This document shows, one piece after another, positions 1-17,100 of a DNA stretch of 64,000 bases (position 1 is its first letter; every line of letters starts with the position of its first letter). The stretch is taken from NCBI RefSeq assembly GCF_000315625.1, contig NW_005434529.1:96975-160974 (forward strand). Reading direction: 5' to 3'. This DNA is from Guillardia theta CCMP2712 (lineage: Eukaryota > Protista > Cryptophyta). A model generated the notes under the pieces. It saw nothing but the letters and a program-made list of their open reading frames with translations. It ran no database searches and was not told the DNA's origin. Position numbers and translations under genes: made by a program.

Positions 1-1088
1 CATAGTTGTTCCAGCACACCTGGATGTGCTTCGAGACCTGTCTAGGGTGAGAGCTGAACTCCTCAACAGTCGACAAGTACTCGGCAGCTGCGTGAACACG
101 TAGCTGCAGGTCGTTCATGGCATGCTGGTCTTGGAGCGGCATTGGTCAACGCTAGCAGGAGCAAGGGGGACGGTTCGTCTTACATGGATGCTGCGGGAGG
201 AAGATCCATGGACGTCGCAGCATGCCGCAGCCGCTCATCACTCCGTCGGCTCCAGTAGCAGCAAGACATTCCTCGATGTCCCGATGAGTGCTAGGGAGGC
301 AGCGTCATGGGATGAGACAGGTGGAGCAGAAGCAGCTTTCACCGGATGTTGCCGTTGGAGATCACGGGGATGTCAAGAGCTTGCTTCACTGCCCGGATCC
401 ACTCCCAGTTGGCTGGCCACCTTCCAGTCCGCTTCCCTCCTCCCTGAACCCTTGTTCGCCCATGGACTTTCATCCTTGTCAGTGCAATGTGTAGGCCACA
501 GCACTGCTGACCTGTCAGGCACTGGCATCCACATCGCCTGACCATCCTCGCCAGCTCCACTGTCTCTGCAACATCATCGAAGCATCGGATCTTCACCAGG
601 CAAGCTGCCTTCGGGTTTGACTTTCGTATCGCATCTGCCATGCTCCGGACGCATTCTGCCAGCAGCTCGCGCTTCTCCATCAAGAAGGCTCCGTACCCAC
701 CTTTCTTTGCACACCGCTGGGGGCACCCCACGTTGAGCTCCACAGCGGCGCAGTGGGGAGCAGCCAAGGCTGCAGCTGCCGCTAGATCGGCAGGATTCGA
801 TCCCCCCAGCTGCACGATCAGAGGCCTGTCCTCAGGATGGAAAGGAAACTGTGCACGATAGCTCTCGCTCCTCGCATATCCGGCAGCATCAATCATCTCG
901 GTGGAGCATATGTGCGCGCCATTGCGCCGTGCTAGCATGCGGAAGGCGCACTCTGACTGGCCCACCATGGGCGCCAACCAGTACACCGGTCTTCCAACGC
1001 TCTCGAACCATTCCCAGGCTTCTGCTCCACTGTACTCCCTTGCGGCATCTCGATCCTTACCCTGGCATTCAATTTCGCACTCGCTCAT
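1..1088 (-). CDS. tRNA-dihydrouridine synthase (DUS1-like), spliced; 3' end may run off the window
   Basis: Motifs LAPMVGQSE, DRPLIVQLGG, ELNVGCPQRCAKKGGYGAFLM, VKIR, VHGR and IPVISNGNI are diagnostic of the Dus family. ATG taken at 1088. Confidence 0.88.
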
Positions 1089-1989
1089 AGCTCGGAGATC
1101 CTCAACGCTCACAGTCAAGCTCTTTCCTCCTCTACCTCGTCTTTGTCCTCCTCGTCATCTCCTCCTCTCCTCCCCTCTCCCCTCCCCTCCCTCTCCCCTG
1201 CATTTCCAGGCTCGGGCAGGCTTTGTAAAACCCTGGTACCTCATAGTTGGTTACCCACCCTTTCAAGTACCACAATAGTACCGGTGTTCAAGTACCCCTA
1301 CCTACTTCCTCCATCAAAATCTGCTTGGACTACCCTCATTGTCACTAGGTTTCAAAGAGAAAGTACCCTGCATTTTAGTACCCCTACCTCCAATATCCGT
1401 CCCCTTTCTACCCCTCAGCTCGCGGCATGGCGCCATCGGCGGCAGCGGATCCTGACGCCGATGGCGGCTGAGCATCGTGAAAAAATGTTGTATGGAGAGG
1501 AGAGTAGAGGAGAGTAGAGGAGAGGAGAGGAGTAGCAAAGGGCAGAGATAAGGTAGAGGAGAGAAGAGGAGAAAGGATGCCGACAGTCTAGGAAGGGATA
1601 GTGGTAGGAGGACCATAGAGGAGCGAGCAGACATGATGATGAGAACGATGGACTGTAGGGATGAGATGATCACTGTGATCATGACCATGAGAAGAGTTGA
1701 TGCGTCCTGGAGCTTCTATCTCAGCTATTTGAGATGATCGAATCGAGGGAATGTCATTTCATGGCACACGTCCAGGGAAGAGATGAAGGCTGCGAGTGGA
1801 AATCGGAATAGATCATTTATTTATGAAGCTTTACTGTATGTCTGAGTTGCAGGATCATTTTCTCGATCAGGCTTTCCTGTCGAATAGACTCCTCATCTTC
1901 TAATGACCTTGACAACTCTTCGTCGCCGTATTTGCTAGTTGACAACAAGACTGATATTCTTAAACAGGTATCGATAGAAACGTCAGTGC

Positions 1990-3373
1990 ATGGCTTCGCA
2001 GCGATCGAATCAGTTCATTGAAGAGTACGCGGGTCCAGTCAGCCTGTACGCCTACCTGGCGCAGCGATGGAAGGTTTGTCCCATCTTTCTTCGGAGGAAC
2101 CTATCCTACAAGAGGAAGCACGAGGACGCCGAGAAGAAGAGGGGGGACCGGGGACTGGCAGTGAGCAAGGACAAGCAGGGTTCAAACTTGTCGGATAGCC
2201 CGACACACCAGACAGCCCACACGGACCCGGGGGAGAACAAGGAAGTGCAGGAGTCGGTCAACCTGCGGAGATTTATCAGCTCCTCGAGGAAGAGTCACCT
2301 GACGTTCCGGCTGAGATTCAACGAGGGTTCACAGGAGAGGTAACGCATCCCTTGTTTTCTTCCCCGCGTCCTCACGGCTTCACCCTCGCAGCGTGCAGAA
2401 GCTGTCGGAGCTGCGTTGCTTGTGGTGCGACATGACGTGTAACGACCTTGAGGGGCTTCTATGGCACCTCCAAGCATCGCACGACAGGTTCTCGTATGCT
2501 TCTGAGACGGCAACATGCACTCCCGAGATCTACGTGAGCGTGAAACCCTCGAGCGACATCGCAGTCGGGTTTGCGAACTTCTCCTTCTTCTCCCCGAGGA
2601 AGGGGGGGCCTCCCCTTCACACCTCAGTCGCACACATAAATTCCTTTGAGGAGGAGATTTCGCGGGAGGTTGTTAGCTCCGAGCCCCATGTGCCGAGAGG
2701 GAAGAGAAAGCTTGGTGAGGGAAAGAAGGGACAGGCGGGTGAGGGATCGAGTTTGAAACCGTCGGGGAAGTTTGGGAAGCGATCGATTTCCAAGTCGAGC
2801 AAGGCAGGACAAGAGAAGCGATCAGAGAAGCGGTCTTTTGGTGAGCGACAGTTCTACCGCTCGCAGACTTGCCTTCCGATCGACCCGGAGGACATGGACT
2901 ACGACAGTGATGACGATGTGGATGACGAGTGGCAGCTGGCACAGGCTGAGAGGCTCATGGACGAGTTTGAGGACGTGACGCCCAGGGAGAAAGCTTTCAT
3001 GAAGCTGTGGAACAGATTCGTTCATAGGCATGCCATCCTTGCCGACTTTCAGGTCCCTGTCGCCTGCGAGACCTTCGCACGGAACTTTGGGCAGCAGCTG
3101 ATTGAGCAGGGACTCAGAGACGAGCTCCTGTTTCATCTGTTTGCTCTCTGGGACTTCAACCTGGTTGACAAGGAGCAAATCCAGGCGTGCATAGGGATCG
3201 TTGACAACATGAAGGAGGCGCAAAGAGGTACAGGCGAGCCTGCAGGAAGCAGCTCAATGGGAGCATCTTCCTCCTCTCAGGCAGTCAAGCAGGTCCAGGG
3301 GGGGCGCGGCAGGGAGTTTGGCACAGCAGACGAATGGAGACTTCAAGTTAGGCCGGTCAACTTGAGGAAATGA
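1990..3373 (+). CDS. SUZ12: Polycomb PRC2 subunit SUZ12/EMF2-like (C2H2 zinc finger + VEFS box)
   Basis: Intron 2340-2391 (GTAACG...CAG) joins the two ORFs in frame. Zinc finger CLWC...LLWHLQASH; VEFS box RQFYRSQTCLP...DYDSDDDVDDEW...DEFEDVTPREKAFMKLWNRFV...ACETFA. Confidence 0.9.
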
Positions 3374-3445
3374 GAGATGCTGACTGGGACCTTGACAAGC
3401 GAAATCCCTGGACATTCTGATCATTTCGCCATTTTCCTTGTTCTT

Positions 3446-5502
3446 TTATTCCAGTGGAGGACAATCGGGATCGTCCTCGAAGTCTTGATCGACTGAGACT
3501 TTCGAAAGCTTCTGCGTCAGCGGGCGGATGTCTGCCTCGTGTCTGTTGGGGGATTGCTTGGTCATGCTGCTCAAAGGTGGTTAGAGGGGAAGAAAAACAA
3601 TGACAGCTTCGCACTTCTTGATGTCCACGCTTCCCTGTAGCTCGTTCGCCATCCGCCGGTTCCGAGGAGCCTCACTGGCTTGTAGCGTCACTGCCTTGTC
3701 CTCCTGCTTGGCCGAGCGCGTCTGAGGAGGAAGATCAGCAATGCTGCGGGCGACTTCGCTGTTGGTACCCAGTGAAGCTTCGGGCAGATGATCTTAAGTT
3801 CTCCCGTGATCTGCGATCTCTGAGCCGTCGCAGCGTCTGCACGAACTTCCTCGGGGAGCAGCAGCTGCACTTGTTGTCATACTCCCATGCAAACACATCC
3901 CGCCCCACCCATCCTCCAATACCAATCTCCCCTTCTTTCTCCTCCTCCTCCTGCGGTAGCTACCATCCTCCTTCTGCATTTCCTCCTGCTGCAGCTACTA
4001 TCCTTCTCCTCCTCCTCCTCCTCGCCCTGTTCCTGCCTCGCCTTTGCTTCCTCCTGCTTAACCAGGGCCGGGCGAGGACCTGGATGATCTTGTCGTGCTT
4101 CTCGGGCTTCCTGCAAGTCACTCGGAAGAAGGTTGGCTGAACGTCCAAGTCGAGCATGGACGAGTCCATGAACTTGGGAAACTGCAGAGACAAAGACGTC
4201 TGACTGAGCATGCAGAAGGGGAGGAAGGAGAGCGTGGAAGAGGGAGGGAGGGAGAGAGGGAGGGAGGGAGGAAGGGAGGGAGGGAGAGAGGAGAAAAAGG
4301 AAGGGGAGAGGGGAGAGGGACCAAGAGGATACAGGGAGGATGGGGGAGTGGAAAGCAAGGGCAGGTAGAGAGGAGGAATGCACATTGGGCTACCTCGATG
4401 CGGACAACAATATTTCCTTCCTTGTCATCGTTGATGTCAAAGTTCCACTTGCCATCGTTGCAAACTCGTGGAGTGCCATCTGGAGACAGCCTTAACTCTC
4501 GCTCTCCAATCCTCGTCGAACCTCACACCTTCTTTCATAAGAGACCGATTCTTGTAGTAATCCTCTTTGGCCGCCTTCATAGGGTCCTTCTCCCTCTCCA
4601 TCGTCTTCTTCTCCTCGTCTTCCCGCTGCTTCTTCTTCACCTCCCGCTTGTAATCTGCCAACCGAATCTCTGGGCTGAACCCATACAACTCCTTCCCCTC
4701 CTCGTCAGAGTCGATCTCCTGGTCAGGAACCTGTCGCAGCAAGTCACTACCTGCTAGCATGTGCTGGGCCTCTGCCGAGCTCTCTACCTGCTCTGCGTCC
4801 ACAAGATTCGGATCTCCTCCCATCTGCTTCACGCGCTCCCTCGCAGCGGCCACCAGTCTCACCCTAATGTCTCGCAGCTGCTGCTCTGCTTGAATCCTCT
4901 CCGTCGCAGTGATCGCATGCCCGTCCAGCTTCTCGAGCTGTGGCAGCGTCCCGATGACGTAGAGCCTGTAGGACTGGAACTCCGTGCAAGGGTTCCCGAT
5001 GAGGAACAGTTCGCGCAGGTTGTGGTTCACCCTCAAGCTCTCAACAGACAGGAGGTTCTCAATATCGATGAAGTTGACGGTCAGGTCAAGTTTCCTCAGC
5101 TTTTCGTTCCTGTCCAATCCCTCAATCTTCTTGATGTTGTTCAGCGCCTGCCAACAGTGCAGTCACAAACAACAACGCATGTTGCCTTCGTCTCCATCTT
5201 CTCCATCCTCCTACCCACGACACCTTACCAGGTTTAGATAGTCGAGGTCACGCAATCGCTTCAGATTCTCGATCTTTGGTATCAAATTATGTTGAAGATA
5301 CAAGATCTCGAGCTCCGGGCACATTCTCGTCAACATTCTACAACCATGGTTCAAATGAAAAAGCGTCTGGAACAATCTTAAGGTGGTACCTGTTTATTCC
5401 CTCGATATTCTGCTGGTGAAGCGATATCTCCTTGAGGTTGGATAGACACCTATCATTGTGCTCCGCCCGTCCTCGCAGCATGGCTTCATTGATCTGCACC
5501 AT
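3446..5502 (-). CDS. DNAAF11: Axonemal dynein assembly factor LRRC6/DNAAF11 (tilB-like), multi-exon
   Basis: N-terminus MVQINEAMLRGRAEHNDRCLSNLKEISLHQQNIE; LRRs plus LRRcap (LFLIGNPCT...YRLYVIGTLPQLEKLDG); CS-like region (PKFMDSSMLDLDVQPT, AQRSQITGEL); C-terminus DFEDDPDCPPLE*. Confidence 0.9.
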
Positions 5503-6223
5503 CTTGTAGCTGGATGCATCATGTCAGCCAGAGCGGCAGGGGAAGGGTAGAACATGGACTAGAGTGTCCCGTCAACCGTATCTTGACGTTTCAATTTCAC
5601 TCATTTGATCACGAAGAATCCACAGCCGATATGATAGCTTCAGATTTCATCTCATGGTAATCGCTATACTTCTTCTTCCACAACTGTCCTCACCCTTGAC
5701 TCCCTCCCTCTCTGCACGCTGCCATTCTCCATGCCTGCCCGCCTTGTTTTCCTGCTTGCCTACGTGCATGCTTGCCTGCTGCCTTGCCTGCATCTCTCCT
5801 TGCTTGCCTGCATCTCTTGCCTGACTCCCTCGTTCCCTCGTTCCCTCGTTCCCTCGTTCCCTCGTTCCCTCCTTCCCTCCTAGTTCTCGCATTCGCGAAT
5901 TGCGGTTTTCGTTTTCTGAAGTGATCAGAGCGGGGATGAGGGTGGAAGTGCTGGATGAGATCAAGATGATAATGAGGGCGATGAATTGAGCATGAGGGCG
6001 ATGAGTAACATGTCTTTGGTTGTAGGGGGGTGGGGTCAGAGGGTTCAAGTTGGGGTAGTACAAACTCAAGTAGTGATGGAGTGTTATGATCTTTTTTTTG
6101 CTGAGCCCGGGGGGGGGTGGGCAGAGGGGTGGGGCTAGGGGGTGGGTGGAAGTGGGGGTAGGTGGAAGTCGGGCGGGTGGGGGTGGGCGGGGGGGGGGTT
6201 GTCATTGCAGACCCAGTGGTTTA

Positions 6224-6323
6224 NNNNNNNNNNNNNNNNNNNNNNNNNNNNNNNNNNNNNNNNNNNNNNNNNNNNNNNNNNNNNNNNNNNNNNNNNNNNN
6301 NNNNNNNNNNNNNNNNNNNNNNN
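6224..6323. other. Assembly gap (100 N)
   Basis: Run of N; similar gaps at 35680-35779 and 45609-45708. Confidence 0.99.
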
Positions 6324-6648
6324 GAAGGACAGAGCCCCGTAGATGCCGAACCCAGCCACCTCCGGCTGACGTGACGTGTCAAACTCACGGAGGCCTCACA
6401 GTTTTGAACCTGCAGGCCTCTGAGCAGAGCTGTCAGCCCTCCTTCCTTAGTCAAAACTTTGACTGCTGCATCCAGCAGCCCATCGTACGTGCCCTGTGGT
6501 GCTGTCTGCAAGAGGCCGTCACGCTCACGCGAGGGCCCAGCAGGTGTTCACCTGCATGCGGATCTTGACGGTGTCAAGAGGAACAAGAGCGGCGTGCGCG
6601 AAGCTGGCACAGATGGCTCCACTCGCTGCAAGGCGCCAGTAGACACTG
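6324..6648 (-). CDS. Mitochondrial carrier (phosphate carrier-like) exons, truncated by assembly gap
   Basis: Spliced reading gives AASGAICASFAHAALVPLDTVKIRMQ (PxDxxKxR signature) / TYDGLLDAAVKVLTKEGG...GLQ / PEVAGFGIYGALSF. Start and end not defined. Confidence 0.75.
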
Positions 6649-6958
6649 CAAGGAGTTGAGAAGCGGAGGTGGAGGAGGAGGAGAGGAGAGGAGAGGAGAG
6701 GAGAGGAGAGGAGAGGAGAAAGACGATAAGACTAGCGGTACGTGAGAGGAAGCAAGCCATGGGGAACGATAAATACCGTGAGGGAGCGGAAACTTGAAAC
6801 CAGCTCGTGCTATGAGGGAAGTTAGGAAGATGCAAGAGGTGGAGGAGGCAGATTCAGTGTAAGGGTTGGGAGAGAGAAGGAAGTGAAGTGGTAGAGGTGC
6901 AGGAAAACACGAAGCGAGCAGAGAAGGATCTGGACCGATCGAAGCTTGCTTGATGGCT

Positions 6959-12356
<5,398 letters not shown>

Positions 12357-12560
12357 CAATGGCGACCTGCCGCCTACGTCTGCGGGCGCAGGAGCAGAGG
12401 GAGGGACAGGGCAGAAGAGGAAGCGAATATTCGACTGGCAGGGGCCGGGCATGTAACCCTCGTAAACCGCCTGCCTGTTCCTCTCCTCCTGCACATGGCG
12501 CGATGACACTCAATACCGTCCACTGCATGGACAGAGCACGAACGTTGAGAGGCAGAGTCA

Positions 12561-12620
<60 letters not shown>

Positions 12621-13246
12621 AAGGGAGATTGGAAGGGAGGACGGGGGCAACAAGCTATGAAGCGAGGGATATCTTGACGGGCACATGTGCGTTGCAATCC
12701 TTGTATTGACATTGCATTCAAGTATAAAACAAGCCAGCATGGAGTTCTCACACAGTGCGTATATGACTGCAGATAGTAAGAGATTTGCCCCAACGAAAGA
12801 ACAACCTTTGAAAAGTTGTTGTGGTAGCTCTACGGTGTGAAGATGAGAAAGAGAAGAAACACGAGAGAAGAAAAACGAAGAAGAGAAGATGCGGGCAGCA
12901 GGAAGCGGAAAGAAGTCAGTGGCAGGAAAAATTCAAGAGGTAAGAACCAAATGCAGAGCTGGCTGGCAACGGGAGGGTTAGAAATAAAGGGAGAGAATGG
13001 TAGGAGGGAGGGAGAGATAGGCGAGAGGAAGAGAGAGGAAGGGACGGGAAAACAAGAGAGGAAGAGGAAGGTGAAGAAGGGACGGGAAGACAATCAAGAG
13101 GAAGGGAAGGTGAAGGGAGGAGGAGGGGGAATGTACTGGGGAATGTAGAGAAAACTTGGGGAACAACCCCTACCTACCCATGCAAACTAGAACGAGGGGG
13201 TACCACAAGAATACTATATATAAAGTAGGGGTCTATGCATATACAT

Positions 13247-13330
13247 GTCAAGGTGGCCGAGCGGTCTAAGGCGGTGGCTTCAGGTGCCATTCTGTTTCGG
13301 CAGGCGCGGGTTCGAATCCCGTCCTTGACA
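13247..13330 (+). tRNA. tRNA-Leu(CAG)
   Basis: GTCAAGG/CCTTGAC acceptor stem; A box TGGCCGAGCGG; anticodon arm GTGGC-TTCAGGT-GCCAT; long variable arm; B box GGTTCGAATCC; TATATATAAA ~30 nt upstream and TTTT downstream. Confidence 0.96.
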
Positions 13331-14105
13331 GTCTTTTGCTCCACCGACCTGTTCCTTCTCCTCTGACCTTCACTCAATAATGTTAAGTTAAAAATCAGTA
13401 CGAGCCCCTCGCTGGACTCCAGTGACCCGGCGAACTCAGTAACACTTACTGAGACTCAGGCCTTCCGAACGGTAAGGTCGGGCCCGATAACCGGCCCGGC
13501 CCGTGACCGGGCTGATAACGACAATCGTACGTCGGAGACTGGCCGCACACTGCGGCAGTGTTTTTTTAATTTAGCTTTAATAAGACTAGTCCTCAGTACT
13601 ATGATCATGTAGTATGGCCGGTGACCCGGCGGGCCGCCACCGACCGAGACCAGACCGTCGGACTCCCCAGGGGACCCGGTGACCGGCCCGGCCCGGCGGC
13701 GTCAGGCACTGCAACTTTGTGATCTGAATGCCATTGCATTCAAGTTCAAGTTACAGTCACGTTCTGCCTTGAGACTCAGTCGACAAGTTAGCCGCCTGTA
13801 TTAGGAGAACGAGCCTGCCTCGGCATGATTTACTGTCTCAGGTTCAAAAGCCTCGAGTTCCCCTAGTCTTAATCTGCTGCCCTCTGTCGGGCCGCCCGAT
13901 GGCCTCAGAGAGTGAGGAGGCGCCATGCGGGAAGGGAAGGGAGGGGAAGAAGGATGAGGAGGAGGTAAGCTGGTGAGAAGGAGAAGCAAGCTTGAGACGA
14001 GAGCATGCAAGGTCACGGTCTCTCCTCATCTTCTTCGCCTCGTGCGACGCTCTCCCCGTCCCTTGCATGCTGTTGACCAAGTAGGAGCAAAACCGTGCGG
14101 CTGCC

Positions 14106-17100
14106 ATGACGTCGGTAGGCGACGACGGAGAGAGCCAAGTGAAGGCAGACTTCGTTGCTGTCAGCACAGCAGACGATGAGACCAGAGCGTCTAGCGATGT
14201 TCACCTGTCGTTTCATAGAGAAAGGATCCAGTGGCATCGGGAGCTGATAGAGAAGTTGAAGTTGGATGAAGCTGCTGACGCTCTCAACTCCAATATCAGC
14301 CGCACCTTCAACCAGACCAAGGATGACATCGTCGGCATCCTCCGCCGCTTTGACCTCTCCTCCCGCGACAAGTCAGGGGGCGAGGAGAACGGCTTGATGG
14401 ACGGCAAGAACCAGCGAGTACTGAAAGAAGCGCAGGATCTGGTGGAGAAGACATACGGGCTTGAGAAGGGTCCCACGGTAAGAAGCTGCTAGGAGAGAGA
14501 GGATGCTGACTGTGAGCTGCAGCTGCTGCTCAAGTGCATCGATGGGATGGACGGGAAGTTGAAGTCGAAAGACATCGTCGTGCAGTGGGATGACTCCTGG
14601 GAGATGATCCTTCAGAAGCTGAAGCGAGCGTTCAAGCGCGACGTGATCTTCGAGTACGAGGTGGACGGCAGGATAGTGCGAGTGCAGGACGACGAAGCGT
14701 TCGATCGAGCCATGGAGCTGGCGGAGAGCAGCGGGGGGAAGCTCTACGGGGTGATCCAGCAGGCCATGTGGAAGAATCCGATCATCGAAGACCCGGAGCC
14801 TGACGAGCCGGAGCCCGAGGAAGAGCCTCTTCTCATCACCTGCTCCGACAGGATGGCGTACAACCCTGCTCCTTACAAGTTCCTGCTCGGCCTCGGCGGC
14901 TTCGGACTCGCTGCCTGCGTCGTCGCGTGCCTGGTCGGCTACCTTGTGCTGGGAGGTCCAGGGCCATACCTGGGGGCGGTAAGCTGAGGGAGTTTGACCG
15001 AGCATGTCTGAGATTGAGCCCGCAGATCTCGGGGACGATCCCGCTGCAGTTCTTCGTGCAGTCGTTCATCATCTCCAACTCCGACAGCCTCCCGTTCGTT
15101 GCCGCCAAGTCCGTGGTCGCCATCGCAGGGGCCGTCATGGGATGCCTGAGCCTCAAGGCCTTCATAGAGGCCTCCATCATGGAGGGCGCTATCGCCGCCG
15201 CTCTGTGCGTGTGCTCGACTCTGTTTCTCCTCTACGTGCTGTCGCCTCTGGTGTTCAAGTTTGTTCAGAACTCTCAGACGCACAACAAGCGCAAGGCAAG
15301 GGGGCGGAGAAGGAAGCAGCAGCGCAGGCTGCGAGATATCCCCCTCATGGTCGCAGGGCTGCTGAGAAAGTTCTCGTCGCTCCTGCTGTACGTGGCGATC
15401 CTCGGCCTCCTGCAGTATCTCCCCATGTACCACATCTCCAACGTGGTTGCCGCCAACAAGCAGTACTCCGCCATGGGCGCCATGTACGCGAGGGGCGACG
15501 GGAAGGACAACCATGTCTACTGCTCGGGCTATACCGACCCGGCTGTCGTCATCGACGACAAGCCCGCGGTCATCTTCGAGTCCATGGAGGGCTTCGGGCA
15601 GGCGCTTGCGGTCTCGGAGATCATGTCCAAGATCGCGCGCATCGGCATCGCCTGCGCGTATGACCGGGCCGGGTTCGGTTGGAGCCCCCCCACCAACATG
15701 TCCAGGACTCCCTCGCAGATCGCGTCGGAGCTGGCCTACATGCTCACAAAGAACAACATCTACGTCACCGTCCCTCCGCGCACCGGGCAGTCCAGCAGCC
15801 TGATCCTTAAGGTGAACGTGCCTGTGGTGCTGGTTGGTCACTCGGTCGGAGCCTTCTACGTTCGAGCCTTCGCTCAGCTGTACCCCCAGTACACGGCAGC
15901 CATGGTGATCTGGGATGGTCTTCCCTCAGAGGACGAGACGCTGACGACAAAGTTCGTCTCGTCAGCCATGAAGGTTCTCTCCCCCACCAAGCTTCAGCTC
16001 TGCTACTACTACCTTGAGCCCATGGGCCTCGCCGACCTCTTCCTCAAGAGCGTCATCTACACCCCCCTCCTCAACGGAACTTACCTGGACCAGCCCCAGC
16101 CCGCGGGGATCGGCGAGAACTACCAGCGCATGTTGGCGAGGATGATCAGCTGGCCCTGGTGCGACGCGGTCTACAAGGAGTACATCGACTTGTACTTCGG
16201 CCCCAGCCCGGGCATCGCGTTCGTGTACGCGGGAGATGCTGCCAAGTACGACATACCGATGGTCGTGTGGTCGCGATACAACTCGGTCTACCAGAACATG
16301 CTCAACGTGGTGGATGACGTCAAGTACACCATCGGCGGTCAAGACGCTTGTCTGCAGGAGAACACCAACATCCAGAACCCTGCCGTCAACCATCCGGAGG
16401 GGACGAAGGGATGGCAGTGCGTTCAGTTCCACATCCTCTCCTACTCCAAGAAGCCCTTCCTCAACCCCAACAAGAGGACGTGCTTCGTCAAGGGAAAGCC
16501 GGAGCTCGGCAACAACAACCCGTGCCCGGACATCTACAGGTCCATGTACAACGGCACCGAGCTCGCTCCCATGCAGGGGACCATGGTGCAGGCAGAGCTT
16601 GTCGACACCATCCTCAACGCCTGGCAGATGCTCAACTACACCGCCAACTTTCCCTCCACCCCGTTCGCTCTCGTCTTCCAAGGCTTCTCCCCGCAGCAGC
16701 TCTCGCCTCCGGGCTGCGTCATCTCCATCGACAACTTCAGGTCGGTGATCAAGCAGAAGCTCATCGCCGTGCTGGGCCTCAGGTTCGAGGGCCTCGCTCA
16801 GATCGAGCTCATCGAGGGTCCGACTGCTTGCCCGCGCTACATCTCCCGACCCGGCTCAGGCCTCGTGCTCGGCCAGATCATCCCCGGCGAATGCCCCGCG
16901 ACAATCTGCTACGACCTGAGCGTGTGCTCGACGCCATGGACGAGCGCGAGGAACATCGCGAGGAGGAAGACTGGGAACGTCAGCATGACTCCCTCCTCGA
17001 GCGAGGAGATCGAGTTGCAGAACATCTACGCTGAGCACTACATGGGCGCGGAGGGAGGAGACGGGGTAGTGCATCTGGACGCGTTTGCTGAGATGGCGTT

